This document shows, piece by piece, positions 25,686 through 37,200 of a stretch of DNA of 64,000 nucleotides. Each line of letters starts with the position of its first letter. Within the stretch, counting starts at the first letter, position 1. The stretch is from Candidatus Acetothermia bacterium (GTDB lineage: Bacteria > Bipolaricaulota > Bipolaricaulia > RBG-16-55-9 > DRXL01), in contig JACOSB010000160.1 in NCBI GenBank assembly GCA_016179105.1, positions 164 to 64,163 of the forward strand. Reading direction: 5' to 3'. The translations under genes were made by a program, and so were the position numbers. The notes beneath the pieces were generated by a model. That model had not been told where the DNA came from and searched no databases. It saw only the letters and a program-made list of their open reading frames with translations.

Positions 25686-26540
25686 TTAAGTGTTCTTACG
25701 ATATTGATTGATCCGAGCGCGCCAGTGCTCCGCGCGTCGGCGGGCGGCTTGCACGAAATCTTTTTCGCTCGACGCGAAGATCACATCGCGCGAGACGTTG
25801 ACGAGCAGTCGTGCTTTGTTTGCGCCCATCCCGTTTTTCACAGACTGTTCGAGATCTCCGGATTGGGCACCGATCCCCGGCAAGAGAATCGGCATCTCGT
25901 TGCCAATAGTTTTGCGGATGATGCCTAGCTCGCGCGGGGCCGTTGCTCCGACGACGAGTCCAATGTTCTGATCTTTGTTCCACTCGCGCGCGCTCTCCGC
26001 CAAATGCTGATAGAGCGGTTTGCCTTCACAATTCAGTTCTTGGAAATCGCGTGCGCCGGGATTGGATGTGCGACACAGTAGAAAGATCAGTTTGTCAGAA
26101 TATCTTAAGTATGGCGCGAGCGAGTCATAGCCCATGAGCGGGTTCACTGTTGCTGAATCAAACTGATAAAACTCGAAGAGTGCCTTGGCATACTGGCGCG
26201 CTGTGTTCTCTAAATCTCCGCGCTTGGCATCGGCGAGCGTGATGATTTCTTTGGGGATGTATTCGCGTGTCTTTTGTAGCTCTTCCAGGCCCGCCGGGCC
26301 GAGCGCTTCGTAAAACGCCAAGTTCGGCTTGTACGCGCAGACTAGATCTGCCGTTGCGTCAATAATTTGCTTATTGAACTCAAAGAGCGCGTTGACGCCG
26401 TATTTCCCTACGAGAAAGCGCGGCAGCTTTTCGTACTCTGGATCGAGCCCGATGCAGAGCAAGCTCTGGTTGGATGCACAAACAGCGTCTAGTTTTGCGA
26501 TGAATTTCACAATGGCTCTAGAAGATCTCTCTGAGAGCAA
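25686..26540 (-). CDS. pyrF: Orotidine-5'-phosphate decarboxylase, type 2 (long form)
   Basis: LLCIGLDPE..., KPNLAFYEALG and TLADAKRGDLENTA match type-2 PyrF. Confidence 0.85.
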   Translation of the reverse strand: MLSERSSRAIVKFIAKLDAVCASNQSLLCIGLDPEYEKLPRFLVGKYGVNALFEFNKQIIDATADLVCAYKPNLAFYEALGPAGLEELQKTREYIPKEIITLADAKRGDLENTARQYAKALFEFYQFDSATVNPLMGYDSLAPYLRYSDKLIFLLCRTSNPGARDFQELNCEGKPLYQHLAESAREWNKDQNIGLVVGATAPRELGIIRKTIGNEMPILLPGIGAQSGDLEQSVKNGMGANKARLLVNVSRDVIFASSEKDFVQAARRRAEHWRARINQYRKNT

Positions 26541-27081
26541 TCTGCAGGCCTACTAGGAGAGGCGAGATCAGAGTTTCGTTCTTTTTATAAAACCCGGCAC
26601 GCTCGTATCTTTTTCGTCCCAACATCAAGACTTCGATCGTCTCATCCTCCGGGTCCACCATCCAGTATTCTTTCACCCCGTGCTTGGCATAGAGTCTGCG
26701 CTTGTAATTTTTGTCTTTTTCTTTTGTAGAAGGCGAGAGAATTTCGATCGCTAGATCGGGTGCGCCATGCACCGCATCTTCGCGAATGATCCGACGTTGC
26801 GCCTTCGAGATAAAAAGAATATCAGGTTCGGCCACTTCTTCTTCCCCTGGTGGGCCAAGTACGACGTCAAAAGGAGCTACGTAAATATGACCCAAGCTAT
26901 GCTCCCGCACATAACGCATTAACAAAAAAGCAAGCGCTATTAAAATCCTCTGGTGTGCTTCATTCGGCGAGGTCATTCGAATCAACTCCCCATCCAACAG
27001 CTCGTAGCGCACACCCTCGACGTAGGGCAGGCTCTTGTAGTCCTCATATGTGAATTTAATTCTCGTATGAGCTTTCGCCAT
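26518..27081 (-). CDS. Uma2-family (DUF820) putative restriction-endonuclease-like protein
   Basis: ...YELLDGELIRMTSPNEAHQRI...PDLAIEILSPST...D...KRRLYAKHGVKEYWMVDPEDETIEVL carries the PD-(D/E)xK-like Uma2 signature. Confidence 0.8.
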   Translation of the reverse strand: MAKAHTRIKFTYEDYKSLPYVEGVRYELLDGELIRMTSPNEAHQRILIALAFLLMRYVREHSLGHIYVAPFDVVLGPPGEEEVAEPDILFISKAQRRIIREDAVHGAPDLAIEILSPSTKEKDKNYKRRLYAKHGVKEYWMVDPEDETIEVLMLGRKRYERAGFYKKNETLISPLLVGLQIALREIF

Positions 27082-27141
27082 CTATCATTCACCCTGCTGC
27101 TATCCTACCCTTGCTCGCCGGATTCGTCAACCCTAAAATCC

Positions 27142-27564
27142 TCAACGCGTGACCAAATAGATCGCGAGCACCGCGCAGACAAGACCGAGCACGCGTGTGA
27201 TTGTGAGAGTTTCTCCGAGCAAGACGACGCTCATAAGACTGGAGACAACGATAAAAAGCCCGTAGATGGGCACGACGATGGAAACCGGCCCCGCACCAAT
27301 CGCCAAGTAGTACGCGATAATGCTGATCCCCAGAAAGATTCCCGCCCCGACCAACAGCCAAATAGGCTTGGCCGTGAGATAGGGCATGATCGACTTGCCT
27401 TGAAATTTTGCCCAGCTGAAGGCCATTAGAGCGAGAATCGAGTTAGTGATGACGACCGCGACTTCGGGTGGTATTTGTCTGGTCGCGAGCTTGACCAAAG
27501 GCGCGACCATCGCATAGCAGACGAGTGCTACGACTGAGAGAGCAACGTAGTTCATAAAAATCAC
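27142..27564 (-). CDS. Small EamA/DMT-family membrane transporter
   Basis: 140 aa with four predicted TM helices, with an EamA-like half-transporter topology. Confidence 0.55.
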   Translation of the reverse strand: MIFMNYVALSVVALVCYAMVAPLVKLATRQIPPEVAVVITNSILALMAFSWAKFQGKSIMPYLTAKPIWLLVGAGIFLGISIIAYYLAIGAGPVSIVVPIYGLFIVVSSLMSVVLLGETLTITRVLGLVCAVLAIYLVTR

Positions 27565-27705
27565 TCCTATGAGAGATCACTCTAGCTGATGCGAGCCCGA
27601 TCGGACAACTATGTCTAGCGTGCGCGAAGCCGATACAGCGTGTATAACAGTTCTCTCTGAGTACTGCGTGATCTCTGCGGTTTATTCAGTTATGCTTAAC
27701 TTCAT

Positions 27706-28293
27706 ATGCGCACCTTCGTCATCCTCGCTCATAAAGCCCCGCTCACACACGAATTTAGCTTGAATGACTTGCCCGGCGGCGCGGGCCGCATCGATGTGCT
27801 CTGCCGCTGCGTGACCGCAAGTTTTTGCCTCTCTCACGGCATCCGCAAAGACGTACAAGTCTATCTCGTTTTTCAGAATCAGCTCGTCGTTCGCTTGCAC
27901 GGAGAAACTCTAAGACACCTAAACCCCGACGAACGCTCGACGGCTGCACTTTTGCAGAAAGCCCTCAAAGCCCAGTCCGAATGCGTCGGCGAGCAAGAAG
28001 TCCAGAGCACCTCTGGAATCTTTGTCTCGAGACGCGGACTGCCCCAACTGCTCGAACAACTCCAATCGCAAAATACTAAAATCATCCAACTGCACGAAGC
28101 CGGAGCGCCTTTGCGCAATACTGTGTTGCCAACCAACTGCGCCTTCCTCTTGAGCGACCATTTAGAGTTCGACCCCGCAGAAGACGCTCTCCTCAGCCAA
28201 GCGCTCCGTCTCAATCTGGGTCCGAAGAGCCTCCACGCTGACCACTGCATCACGATCGTGCACAACGAACTCGACTTGCGGGAGATCAACTAG
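27706..28293 (+). CDS. trmY: TrmY-like SPOUT methyltransferase (DUF358; tRNA pseudouridine-54 N1-methyltransferase family, archaeal type)
   Basis: FVILAHKAPLTHEFSLNDLPGGAGRIDVLCRCVTASFCLSHGIRKDVQVYLVF matches the TrmY/DUF358 N-terminal signature. Confidence 0.65.
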   Translation: MRTFVILAHKAPLTHEFSLNDLPGGAGRIDVLCRCVTASFCLSHGIRKDVQVYLVFQNQLVVRLHGETLRHLNPDERSTAALLQKALKAQSECVGEQEVQSTSGIFVSRRGLPQLLEQLQSQNTKIIQLHEAGAPLRNTVLPTNCAFLLSDHLEFDPAEDALLSQALRLNLGPKSLHADHCITIVHNELDLREIN

Positions 28294-28408
28294 CGCGATC
28301 TAGGGAGATTTTCCCATTCTTGCTGTATGTTAATCACCTAGTTAATATGAATAAAAACTTATTGTGGCAAAAACGCTGTCAGGAACGATTATTAATAGCG
28401 ATTGCCTC

Positions 28409-28437
28409 TTGACAAAAGCAGACTCTTTTAGTATGCT
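28409..28437 (+). promoter_or_regulatory. Sigma-70 promoter (TTGACA -17 nt- TATGCT) for the ZIP transporter. An AT-rich imperfect palindrome CGATTATTAATAGCG 20 nt upstream is a candidate metalloregulator (Zur-like) operator.
   Basis: Consensus -35 at 28409-28414 and -10 at 28432-28437. The palindrome is at 28386-28400. Confidence 0.5.
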
Positions 28438-28479
28438 TTTACGACCGCCGAGAAAATAATCGATCACTGCGGGAGGATC

Positions 28480-29319
28480 ATGTCATTCTCACAGTTGTTG
28501 TTGGTCGGGGCGATTGCTGGGTTCACGGTCTATTTGGGGTTGCCGGTCGCGGCCTTGCGTCGCACGGGGCTACGCACGCGGGGCGTACTCAACGGCATTG
28601 CCACGGGCATTCTCGTTTATTTAATGATTGAAATCCTCAAAAGCCCCTTGGGTTTTGGTGAAGATGCTCTGGAACATGCCATCGGGAAATCAAGCACGGA
28701 CTTGCTCTTGCTATTTTCGGTATTAGTCGGCGGTGTGACCCTGGGTTTAGTAGGCATTCCGATCTTAGAACGCTGGATGTTGCGCCAGTGGGCTCGGTCG
28801 CCGAGGCCGCTAGGGATCGTCGCCCAGACGGTGACGGCTCCCTCACGGGAACGCGCAAAAGAACTCCAGCCCTTCGTGCTCGCTCTGATGATCTCGGCGG
28901 GCATCGGTCTGCACAACTTCAGCGAGGGGCTGGCTATCGGGCAGCAGGCCACGCTCGGACATATGTCGCTCGCCTGGGCTCTGATAATCGGCTTTGCCCT
29001 TCACAACATCACCGAAGGGTTTGGCATAGCTGCTCCGTTGGCTGGAACGCGCCCTTCGCTCGGCTTTCTCGCACTGGCGGGTTTGATCGCGGGTGGGCCG
29101 ACCTTCTTAGGCACGGTCGTCGGAGCGAGCTGGCAATCCCCATTAGCTTCGATTGCGTTTCTCGCACTGGCGGGCGGGGCCTTGCTCTACGTCATCTCCG
29201 AGCTGCTGCGCCTGGGCCACGCCATGCTCGCCAAAGTCCCCTTCATGCTGAGCCTATCGTTGGGATTTTTTATCGGTTATTTTACGGAATTGGTGCTCGA
29301 GCGCGTACTTGGGGGCTGA
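28480..29319 (+). CDS. ZIP-family divalent metal transporter (ZupT-like)
   Basis: 8 TM segments. GLHNFSEGLAIG and ALHNITEGFGIAAPL are the ZIP signature motifs. Confidence 0.85.
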   Translation: MSFSQLLLVGAIAGFTVYLGLPVAALRRTGLRTRGVLNGIATGILVYLMIEILKSPLGFGEDALEHAIGKSSTDLLLLFSVLVGGVTLGLVGIPILERWMLRQWARSPRPLGIVAQTVTAPSRERAKELQPFVLALMISAGIGLHNFSEGLAIGQQATLGHMSLAWALIIGFALHNITEGFGIAAPLAGTRPSLGFLALAGLIAGGPTFLGTVVGASWQSPLASIAFLALAGGALLYVISELLRLGHAMLAKVPFMLSLSLGFFIGYFTELVLERVLGG

Positions 29320-29404
29320 ACAATCCAGCACGCACTGCTGACAGTGCTACGGCAATCCCCGATCGCTCTCAATCGAAGCTGAAATACTTGGAGGAGGAGT
29401 CAGG

Positions 29405-29905
29405 ATGATTAAGAAGACTCGTCGTCAAACGTTACAACTCGCAGGCGCAGCTTTGCTAGGGGGACTCGCGACCTCAACGCTCGGCCCTTCGCCGTCTGCG
29501 CTCGCTCAACAAGCCCCCGGCCTTGAGCCCTGGGAGGCCTATATTGACGAGAAACTCGAGATCGAGATGGGCACGAATTATTTTCAAGTAAAAGGGCAGG
29601 AGAAGAACGCTCCGATCACTCTCAAGGTGGGCAAGATCTATTTGTTGGAGTTCGCGAACGTCGACAAAGGCGTGATCGGCAGAGGCGTTCCGCATAACGC
29701 GCTCTTCGGCAAAGACCCCGATTTGTCCAAGCGCTTTTATAAAACTCTTTTGATTGACAACGTCTTCGGGATTGACCTGGAGGGGGGACAAGAAGGAGAA
29801 TTCGCTTTCCGTGTGCCCGACAAGCCCGGCGAATGGGAGATGGGCAGCTTCGTCACCGGCCAGTACGAAGCGGGCATGAAGATCACTCTTATCATCAAAA
29901 AGTAA
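29405..29905 (+). CDS. Tat-secreted small periplasmic protein with a cupredoxin-like C-terminus that lacks the canonical Cu ligands
   Basis: Twin-arginine motif TRRQTLQLAGAALLGG. ...GEWEMGSFVTGQYEAGMKITLIIKK resembles a cupredoxin C-terminal strand, but no Cys or His ligands are present. Confidence 0.5.
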   Translation: MIKKTRRQTLQLAGAALLGGLATSTLGPSPSALAQQAPGLEPWEAYIDEKLEIEMGTNYFQVKGQEKNAPITLKVGKIYLLEFANVDKGVIGRGVPHNALFGKDPDLSKRFYKTLLIDNVFGIDLEGGQEGEFAFRVPDKPGEWEMGSFVTGQYEAGMKITLIIKK

Positions 29906-29923
29906 ATAAATCCTGTTTCATCG

Positions 29924-30397
29924 TCATCCAAGCAGAGAGAACAAAGCAGGCAGGAAATTGTGTGCCATATGGATGAACGTCGTCACAAGAAGGGCTTCGA
30001 ACAATCCATACTCGAACCAAGCCATAAAAGCCCTGGACATGACATAGAAAGACCATACCACCAGAAGCCCCCAAGGAGCCCAGGCCAATGAGTGCAACAT
30101 CGCCCACACGATCGCTGAAGCAATCGCCAAACCATGAACGTCCTTTATCACATAAGAAGCTAATCCTAGCAGCAATGCGAGAATCAGAGTCTCTACCAAA
30201 GGGCCTATCGTCACCGCCAGCAGAGCGGCTGTGAAGTCATGATCTGGAATGGCTCGGAAGTTGGTGGCGAAGAGGCTAGGAATTAATAAAGACAAGAGAA
30301 ATCCGATAATTATTGTTGGAATGAACGAAAGAACCCACATGCGCAGCACATACCTCCACATGGGCCACGAAGGCTTGAAGAACATTTTTCTGCCCAC
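29924..30397 (-). CDS. CPBP-family (CAAX protease / Abi-like) intramembrane protease homolog
   Basis: Polytopic membrane protein. FIHMAHNFLPALF resembles CPBP motif 3 (HxxxN). Confidence is limited. Confidence 0.4.
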   Translation of the reverse strand: MGRKMFFKPSWPMWRYVLRMWVLSFIPTIIIGFLLSLLIPSLFATNFRAIPDHDFTAALLAVTIGPLVETLILALLLGLASYVIKDVHGLAIASAIVWAMLHSLAWAPWGLLVVWSFYVMSRAFMAWFEYGLFEALLVTTFIHMAHNFLPALFSLLG

Positions 30398-30546
30398 CCT
30401 TTTATCTTAGTTTGCTGTCTGTTTTAAGCTGCTCTGGACAGCGAGCGAGATCCCTTGCTGTCGCTCAGGCAGTATATAGTTCCCTCCGATGAGCCATTTT
30501 GTTGATAAGCTGCCCTGTCTCTTTTATCTATCACACGAGCTTGTTT

Positions 30547-31128
30547 TTATTTCGCGACCGGTATCATCACATGCTGATAGGGCGTGCCCTTCCACATGAC
30601 CCATGGACCGCCATTGTTTAGGTCTGCAGTCATCTCCGCCAGCGCCACTGGATCGGGACTGATCCACATCACATGCGGTGGAAGAATCAACCACTGCTCA
30701 CCCGGTCCGGGGGCTGTCTTGAACGGGTCAGTGTTGCTTGCATCGGCTCCACCTTGCAGCATGTATCCGATGCCGGGGACCTTGGTGCTGAACGGCTTCT
30801 TCTCAGCCCAGGCTTGGAACCAAGCCTGCCAAACTTGGTCAAGACAGATAGGATCATTCGCGGGCGTTCCTGGGTCATCGGGGTAGCAGACCCAGCCGTT
30901 CGTGCCCGCGCGCAGCTGCTTCGGCTGAGCCCCCGCGGAGGCAGGCAAGTCCAGGATTGTGGCATTCTTGGAAATGGCCATAGGAGCTGCACTCATGGCA
31001 TTTTGAATCTTTTGCTCATCGGTCATGTTCCCCGTGGGTGGTGTCAGTCCGGTGCAACTCATCGCAACAACGAGTAAAACGGTCAGAGCCATCCCTAAGC
31101 CGAAAAACTTGAGTGTGGTTGTACGCAT
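30547..31128 (-). CDS. Putative lipoprotein, function unknown
   Basis: RBS AGGAGGGG 7 nt before ATG (MRTTTLKFFGLGMALTVLLVVAMSC). Lipobox-like VAMSC. The longer 31155 start was rejected. Confidence 0.55.
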   Translation of the reverse strand: MRTTTLKFFGLGMALTVLLVVAMSCTGLTPPTGNMTDEQKIQNAMSAAPMAISKNATILDLPASAGAQPKQLRAGTNGWVCYPDDPGTPANDPICLDQVWQAWFQAWAEKKPFSTKVPGIGYMLQGGADASNTDPFKTAPGPGEQWLILPPHVMWISPDPVALAEMTADLNNGGPWVMWKGTPYQHVMIPVAK

Positions 31129-31266
31129 TGTGACTCCCCTCCTATACTGATTCAAATTTAACTAAATTTCTTCGGCTCTATCAAGGTCCGATGATTCACT
31201 ATTTGACTTCTTAAACTACGTCCTCATAATAGTTCTAGCGAACTCTGTATTTATGGGAGAATCTCG

Positions 31267-34200
31267 ATGGCTGACCAATTTGAGAATCCTGACTCACATT
31301 CAAACTCTGATGAGCTGACAGCTCTACGACAGCAGGCCGAGCAATACGCAGCACAATTGCAAATCATCAATAGCATTCAACAAGGGCTTGCAAGCAAACT
31401 GGATATACAAGCCATTTATGATCTGGTTGGCGACAAGGTCTGCGAGATCTTCGATGCCCACGTGGTTCAAATTCTCTCATACGATCCGGCAGCGAATCTC
31501 ATGCATTACCCGTATTGTAATGAAATGGGCGACCGACATTCACACGACCCACGTCTGCCCGGCGGCTTTTCAGGCCACATACTCCAGACGCGCCAACCAC
31601 TCATGATCAACCAGAACCTGGTGGCGCGTTCAGCGGAACTCGGGAAAACCGTACCGTTATCCGGAGACTGGCCTAAATCTTATCTGGGGGTTCCTTTGCT
31701 CGTGGGTGATGAAGTTCGCGGTGTTCTCACTCTCCAAATCTTAGACCGCGAGAACGGCTTCAACGAATCTGACCTGCGCCTGCTTCAGACGCTCGCCAGT
31801 AGCATGAGCATGGCGCTCGAAAACGCGCGTCTCTTTGATGAAGTGCAAAATCGAAATGATGAGATCACTGATGCGTTAGAGCGAGAAACTGCAACGAGCG
31901 ATATTCTCAAAGTGATCGCCAACTCGCCCACCTACATTCAGCCTGTGCTCGATGTGATCGCTGAGCATTCGGCACGGTTATGTGCATCGGACGACGCTGT
32001 CATCGTGCTGGTGGAAGACAACTTTTTGAGGGTGTCCGCCCATTACGGCAGTATCCCCATCACACAAGTGGGTGAAGGGATTCCGTTGGATAAAGAGACT
32101 GTCGTCGGGCGAGCGATCCTGGAGGGTGGAACCTTTCAAACGATCCATGGCCAGAACGAGGCCGCACCCGACTATCCGGCCGGCGACGCAAACGCAAAAA
32201 AATTCGGCTATCGCATGACGTTCTCGACCCCGCTGATGCGGCAAGGCAAGGCAATCGGCGGCATCACCATTCGCCACATCGAACCAAAGCTACTGAGCGA
32301 TAAACAAGTCGAACTGGTCAAGACCTTTGCCGATCAAGCGGCCATTGCTGTCGAGAATGTGCGGCTCTTCAACGAGACCAAAGAAGCACTCGAACAACAG
32401 ACCGCTACGAGCGAAGTGCTCCGTGCCCTGAGTAGCTCTCAAACGGACTTGAAGTCTTTGTTGGAAGTCATTGCCGTGAACGCGGCTAAGGTCTGTGGCG
32501 CCGATGATGCTCACATCTACCGCGTTGAGGGCAACATGCTCAAAGAATGGACACACCGCGGGCCAATTCCAGGGTTAGAGGCGGGCGAATCCTTACCGCT
32601 CAACCGCAAGTCGTTGACGGGCCGCGCGATCGTGGATCGGCAAACTATCCATATCCACGATGCGGCTGCAGAATTGAACGAGGCCGAGTATCCGATCAGT
32701 GCCGCTCTTCAGCGACGATGGGGCACTCGGACGGTGCTATCTATTCCATTGCTCCGCGATGGAGAGCCGATCGGGGGCATTGCCATTCGCCGCAAAGTGG
32801 TGCAACCGTTTACGGAGAAGCAGATTGAGTTGCTCAAATCCTTCGCCGATCAGGCTGTGATTGCGATTGAGAATGTGCGTCTTTTTGATGAGACTCAGCG
32901 TCTGCTCAAAGACACTCAACAACACGCCGCCGAGCTCGCCATTATCAACAGCGTGCAAGAAGGGTTGGCGTCTAAGCTAGATTTCGAGGCAATCATTGAT
33001 CTCGTGGGTGACAAGATTCGTGAAATATTCGATGCGCAGAGCGTGGCCATTGGCAGGTACGATCACGTGAATGGTCTGGTCAACTATAGTTATGTGGTCC
33101 AAAAAGGACACCGAGTGCAATGGAGTCCGTCGCCTTTTGCGGGTATGAGCCATCATATGATTAACACTCGACGGACATTGGTCATCAATGAAAATGTTGC
33201 TCAACGAATGAAAGAAATTGGTGCCATCTTCCCAGATGAGTTTGATCTGCCGCGCTCTACAGTGTATGTACCGCTGCTTGTGGGAGAAACGATCACGGGT
33301 GTGATTAATATCGCTAATCTGGATCGCGAGCACGCCTTTAGCGAATCCGATGTGCGCCTGCTCCAAACGCTCGCCAACAGCATGAGCGTGGCGCTCGAAA
33401 ACGCGAGGCTCTTTAATGAGACTCAACAACGCAACGCCGAGCTTGCCATCCTCAACAGCGTGAGCGAAGCCATGTCGAAGACGCTCGATGTCAAGACCGT
33501 GACGAAGATCGTGGGCGACAAGGTGCAAAGTATCTTTGCCTCAGAAGCCGTGAGCATCCGCTTATATGATCCCGCCACCAACCTCATTCAGCGCGCCTAT
33601 GATTATGACCGCGGTTATGAAGACCTGACTGATACCTCGTTTCCCATGGGCCAAGGGCTGACCTCGAAAATCATCCTTTCCGGCAAGCCGCTCATGTTTG
33701 GCACAGAACAGGAATCATACAGCGCTGGCTCACTGAATGTGCCTTCCCAGAAGGGCGACGAAGCGACGCAATCCTATCTTGGCGTTCCCATTATCGTCAA
33801 TGATAAAGTGATAGGCACCGTTTCCATTCAAAGTTATAAACAACACGCCTATAACGAAAATCACTTGCGCCTCCTGCAAACGCTCTCGTCCAACATGGGC
33901 GTCGCCATCCAGAATGCACGTCTCTTTGAAGCCGAGAAGCAGCGCGCCGCTGAACTTGCGATCATCAACAGTGTGCAAGCAGGACTCGCGTCAAAACTCG
34001 ATATGCAAGCGATTTACGATTTGGTGGGCGACAAGATTCGCGAGATCTTCGACGCACAGGTAGTAACCATTCTCTCTTACGACCACACCAGCAATCTCTT
34101 GCACTTTCGCTACTCGATCGAAAAAGGCGAACGGCAAACCGCTGAACCTTCACCGCTCGGCAAAGGATTTGCCTCCCATATTTTTAGGACACGCGAGCCG

Positions 34201-37200
34201 TTGCTCATCAATCAAGATATTGAAAAGCGGCGCGCTGAATTTGGCGCGGTTGTCCCCATGGGCTCTCCTGCCAAATCCTATCTCGGCGTTCCTTTGATCG
34301 TCGGTGATGAAGCCAAAGCCGTCATCACCTTGCAAAACATTGATCGCGAGAACGCTTTCACCGAATCCGACCTGCGTCTCTTACAGACACTCGCCAACAG
34401 CATGAGCGTCGCCCTCGAAAACGCCCGTCTCTTCGACGAGACTCAGCGCCTGCTCAAAGAGACCGAACAGCGCAACGCGGAACTGGCAGTCATTAACAGT
34501 GTCCAAACTGCGCTCGCCGCTGAACTCAACATGCAAGGCATCTACGACGCGGTAGGCGACAAGATCCGTGAGATATTCAATCAGGCAGATATCAACATCC
34601 GTATCTATGACCCCAAGACAAATCTAGTTCACTATCCATACGCATACGAAAATGGGAAACGCATCGCGATTGATTCGCGCCCGTTACGCGAAACCGGCTT
34701 CAATGCTCATGTCCTCCGCACCCGCGAGACATTGGTCATCAACGAGAACATGGCGCAAGAAATAGTAAAGTATGGCAGCTCCATCATCCTAGGCACACAA
34801 CTGGAAAAATCGGCTATGTATGTGCCGCTCGTGGCAGGCGATCAAGCGCGCGGGTTAATTGAAATCGGCGATTATCAACGCGAACACGTCTTTAGCGAAT
34901 CAGATGTCCGTCTCCTGCAAACCCTCGCCACTGCAATGAGCGTCGCGCTGGAAAACGCACGTCTGTTCGATGAGACTCAGCGCCTGCTCAAAGAGACCGA
35001 ACAGCGCGCTGCCGAACTCGCCATCATCAACAGCGTGCAAGAAGGACTCGCATCAAAGCTCGATATGCAGGCGATTTACGATTTGGTGGGCGACAAGATT
35101 CGCGAGATTTTCGACGCACAAGCGGTAACGATCGCCACCTTTGATCTCGAAAAAGAGATGGGTTATCAGCGCTATAGCATCGAAAAGGGTCAGCGCTTTT
35201 ACTCCGAGCCGGCACGATACGGTAATATTGCCAAGCAACTGATCGCCACTCGCCAGCCCGTGCTTTACCAAACCCGCCAGCAACTCATCGCAACGGGTGT
35301 CGGCGTCGCTCCTGGGACGGAGCCATCCAAGTCCGCCGTGTATGTGCCGCTCGTCGTCGGCGATGTGGTGAAGGGCGCGATAAGTTTGCAAAACGTTGAT
35401 CGCGAGTACGCGTTCACCGAATCGGATGTGCGCCTATTACAAACCTTTGCCAACAGCATGAGCGTCGCCCTCGAAAACGCACGGCTCTTCGACGAGACCC
35501 AGCGCCGAGCGCAGGAAATGTCAGCACTGATCGAAGTAGGTCGTGACATCTCGGCAACGCTCGATCCGACGACAGTCTTGGAACGCATCGCACGTCACGC
35601 ACGCGATCTTTTGCAGGTCAGTGATTGTGCCGTCTTCTTACCCGATGAAACGGGGCAGGCGATGAAGGCCTTCGTCGCGCTTGGACCCATCGCTGCGCAA
35701 ATCAAAGCGATGACGATTCAATTCGGCGCGGGCATTATCGGCAGCATCTGGAAGACGGGAGCCGCCGAAGTCATCAACGATGCGAGCCAAGATCCGCGCG
35801 GCGTAAAGATCGCTGGGACTGAGGATAAATCTGATGAAAAACTGATGGTCGCGCCGTTGTTATCGGGTGATAAAGTGATCGGCTTAATGTCGGTCTGGAG
35901 ATCGGGCGGCGATCGTTTTTTCGAGGACGATCTAATATTCTTGATGGGCTTGGCTCGCCAAGCTACCATCGCCATTCAGAATGCACGTCTCTTCAATGAA
36001 ATCCAGGCGCGCAACCGTGACATCACCGAAGCCTTGGAACAACAAACCGCAACCAGCGAAATCCTGCGCGTCATCGCCAGTTCTCCGACAGACGTGCAAC
36101 CCGTGCTCGAAACGGTTGCGCGGCACGCAGTGAAACTGTGTGATGCGGTATTTTGCGGCGTGTATCGAGTGCAGAACGGAATAGTTTCTCTCGGGGCACA
36201 GTACAATTTGACGCCGGAGGTGGTTGAAGAACTCAACCGCGTACTGCCTGCACCGATCGAGAGCGCACCTAGTATCTCTGCTGAAGCGGTGCGTCGCCAA
36301 ACAATCATTCACATTGCAGACATCGAAAACGAACCCACCGTACCCTCGTGGACGCTTCGAGTCGCGCGGAAGCTAGGGTATAAGAGCATTGTTGCCATCC
36401 CAATGTTGCGGGAGGGTGAGGTCCTCGGTGCCATCACGGTCGCCAGACGCGAAGCAGGGAATTTCACGGATAAACAGATCGCTCTCCTGCAAACCTTCAC
36501 CAATCAAGCGGTCATCGCCATCGAAAATATACGACTATTCAATGAGGTGAAGAACCAGAGACAATTCTTGGAAGCAGTGATCGCCAACAGCCCTGCTGCG
36601 ATTGCGCTCATCGGAAGAGATGCAATAATCAGGGGATGGAATCTGGCTGCTGAAAAATTGTTCGGTTATACCGAAACAGAAGCCCTCGGCCGCAATATTG
36701 ACGATCTGATCGCCTATAGAGAAGAGGTGCGTTTCGAAGCCCTTCACTATACGAATCAAGCCCTCACCGAGAACCGATTCCATATTATCACGAAGCGTGT
36801 CCGTAGAGATGGTAGCTTCGTCGATGTGGAAATATCGGTCTTGCCCATCAACCCTGCCAATCTGAACGAGGGATTTGTTGTTATCTATCACGACATCACC
36901 GAACTCCAGCGCGCGCGCCAAGAAGCGATCGCGGCCAATGAAGCGAAGAGCGCCTTCTTGGCAACGATGAGCCACGAGATTCGCACTCCGATGAACGCCG
37001 TCATCGGAATGAGCGGCCTACTGATGGACACTGATCTCACCCGAGAACAGCACGAGTATGCCGAGACAATCCGCAACTCCAGCGATACGCTTTTAACTAT
37101 CATCAATGATATATTGGACTTCAGCAAGATCGAGGCCGGGAAGATGGAATTGGAGCATCAGCCCTTCGATGTGCGCGAGTGCGTTGAGTCGGCACTGGAC

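Noticed and set aside
31363-35520. Possibility that the regularly spaced repeats are a CRISPR array
   Set aside because: Repeats are ~150-200 nt with a ~600-nt period, lie wholly inside one protein-coding frame (GAF linkers), and lack short conserved repeats with unique spacers.
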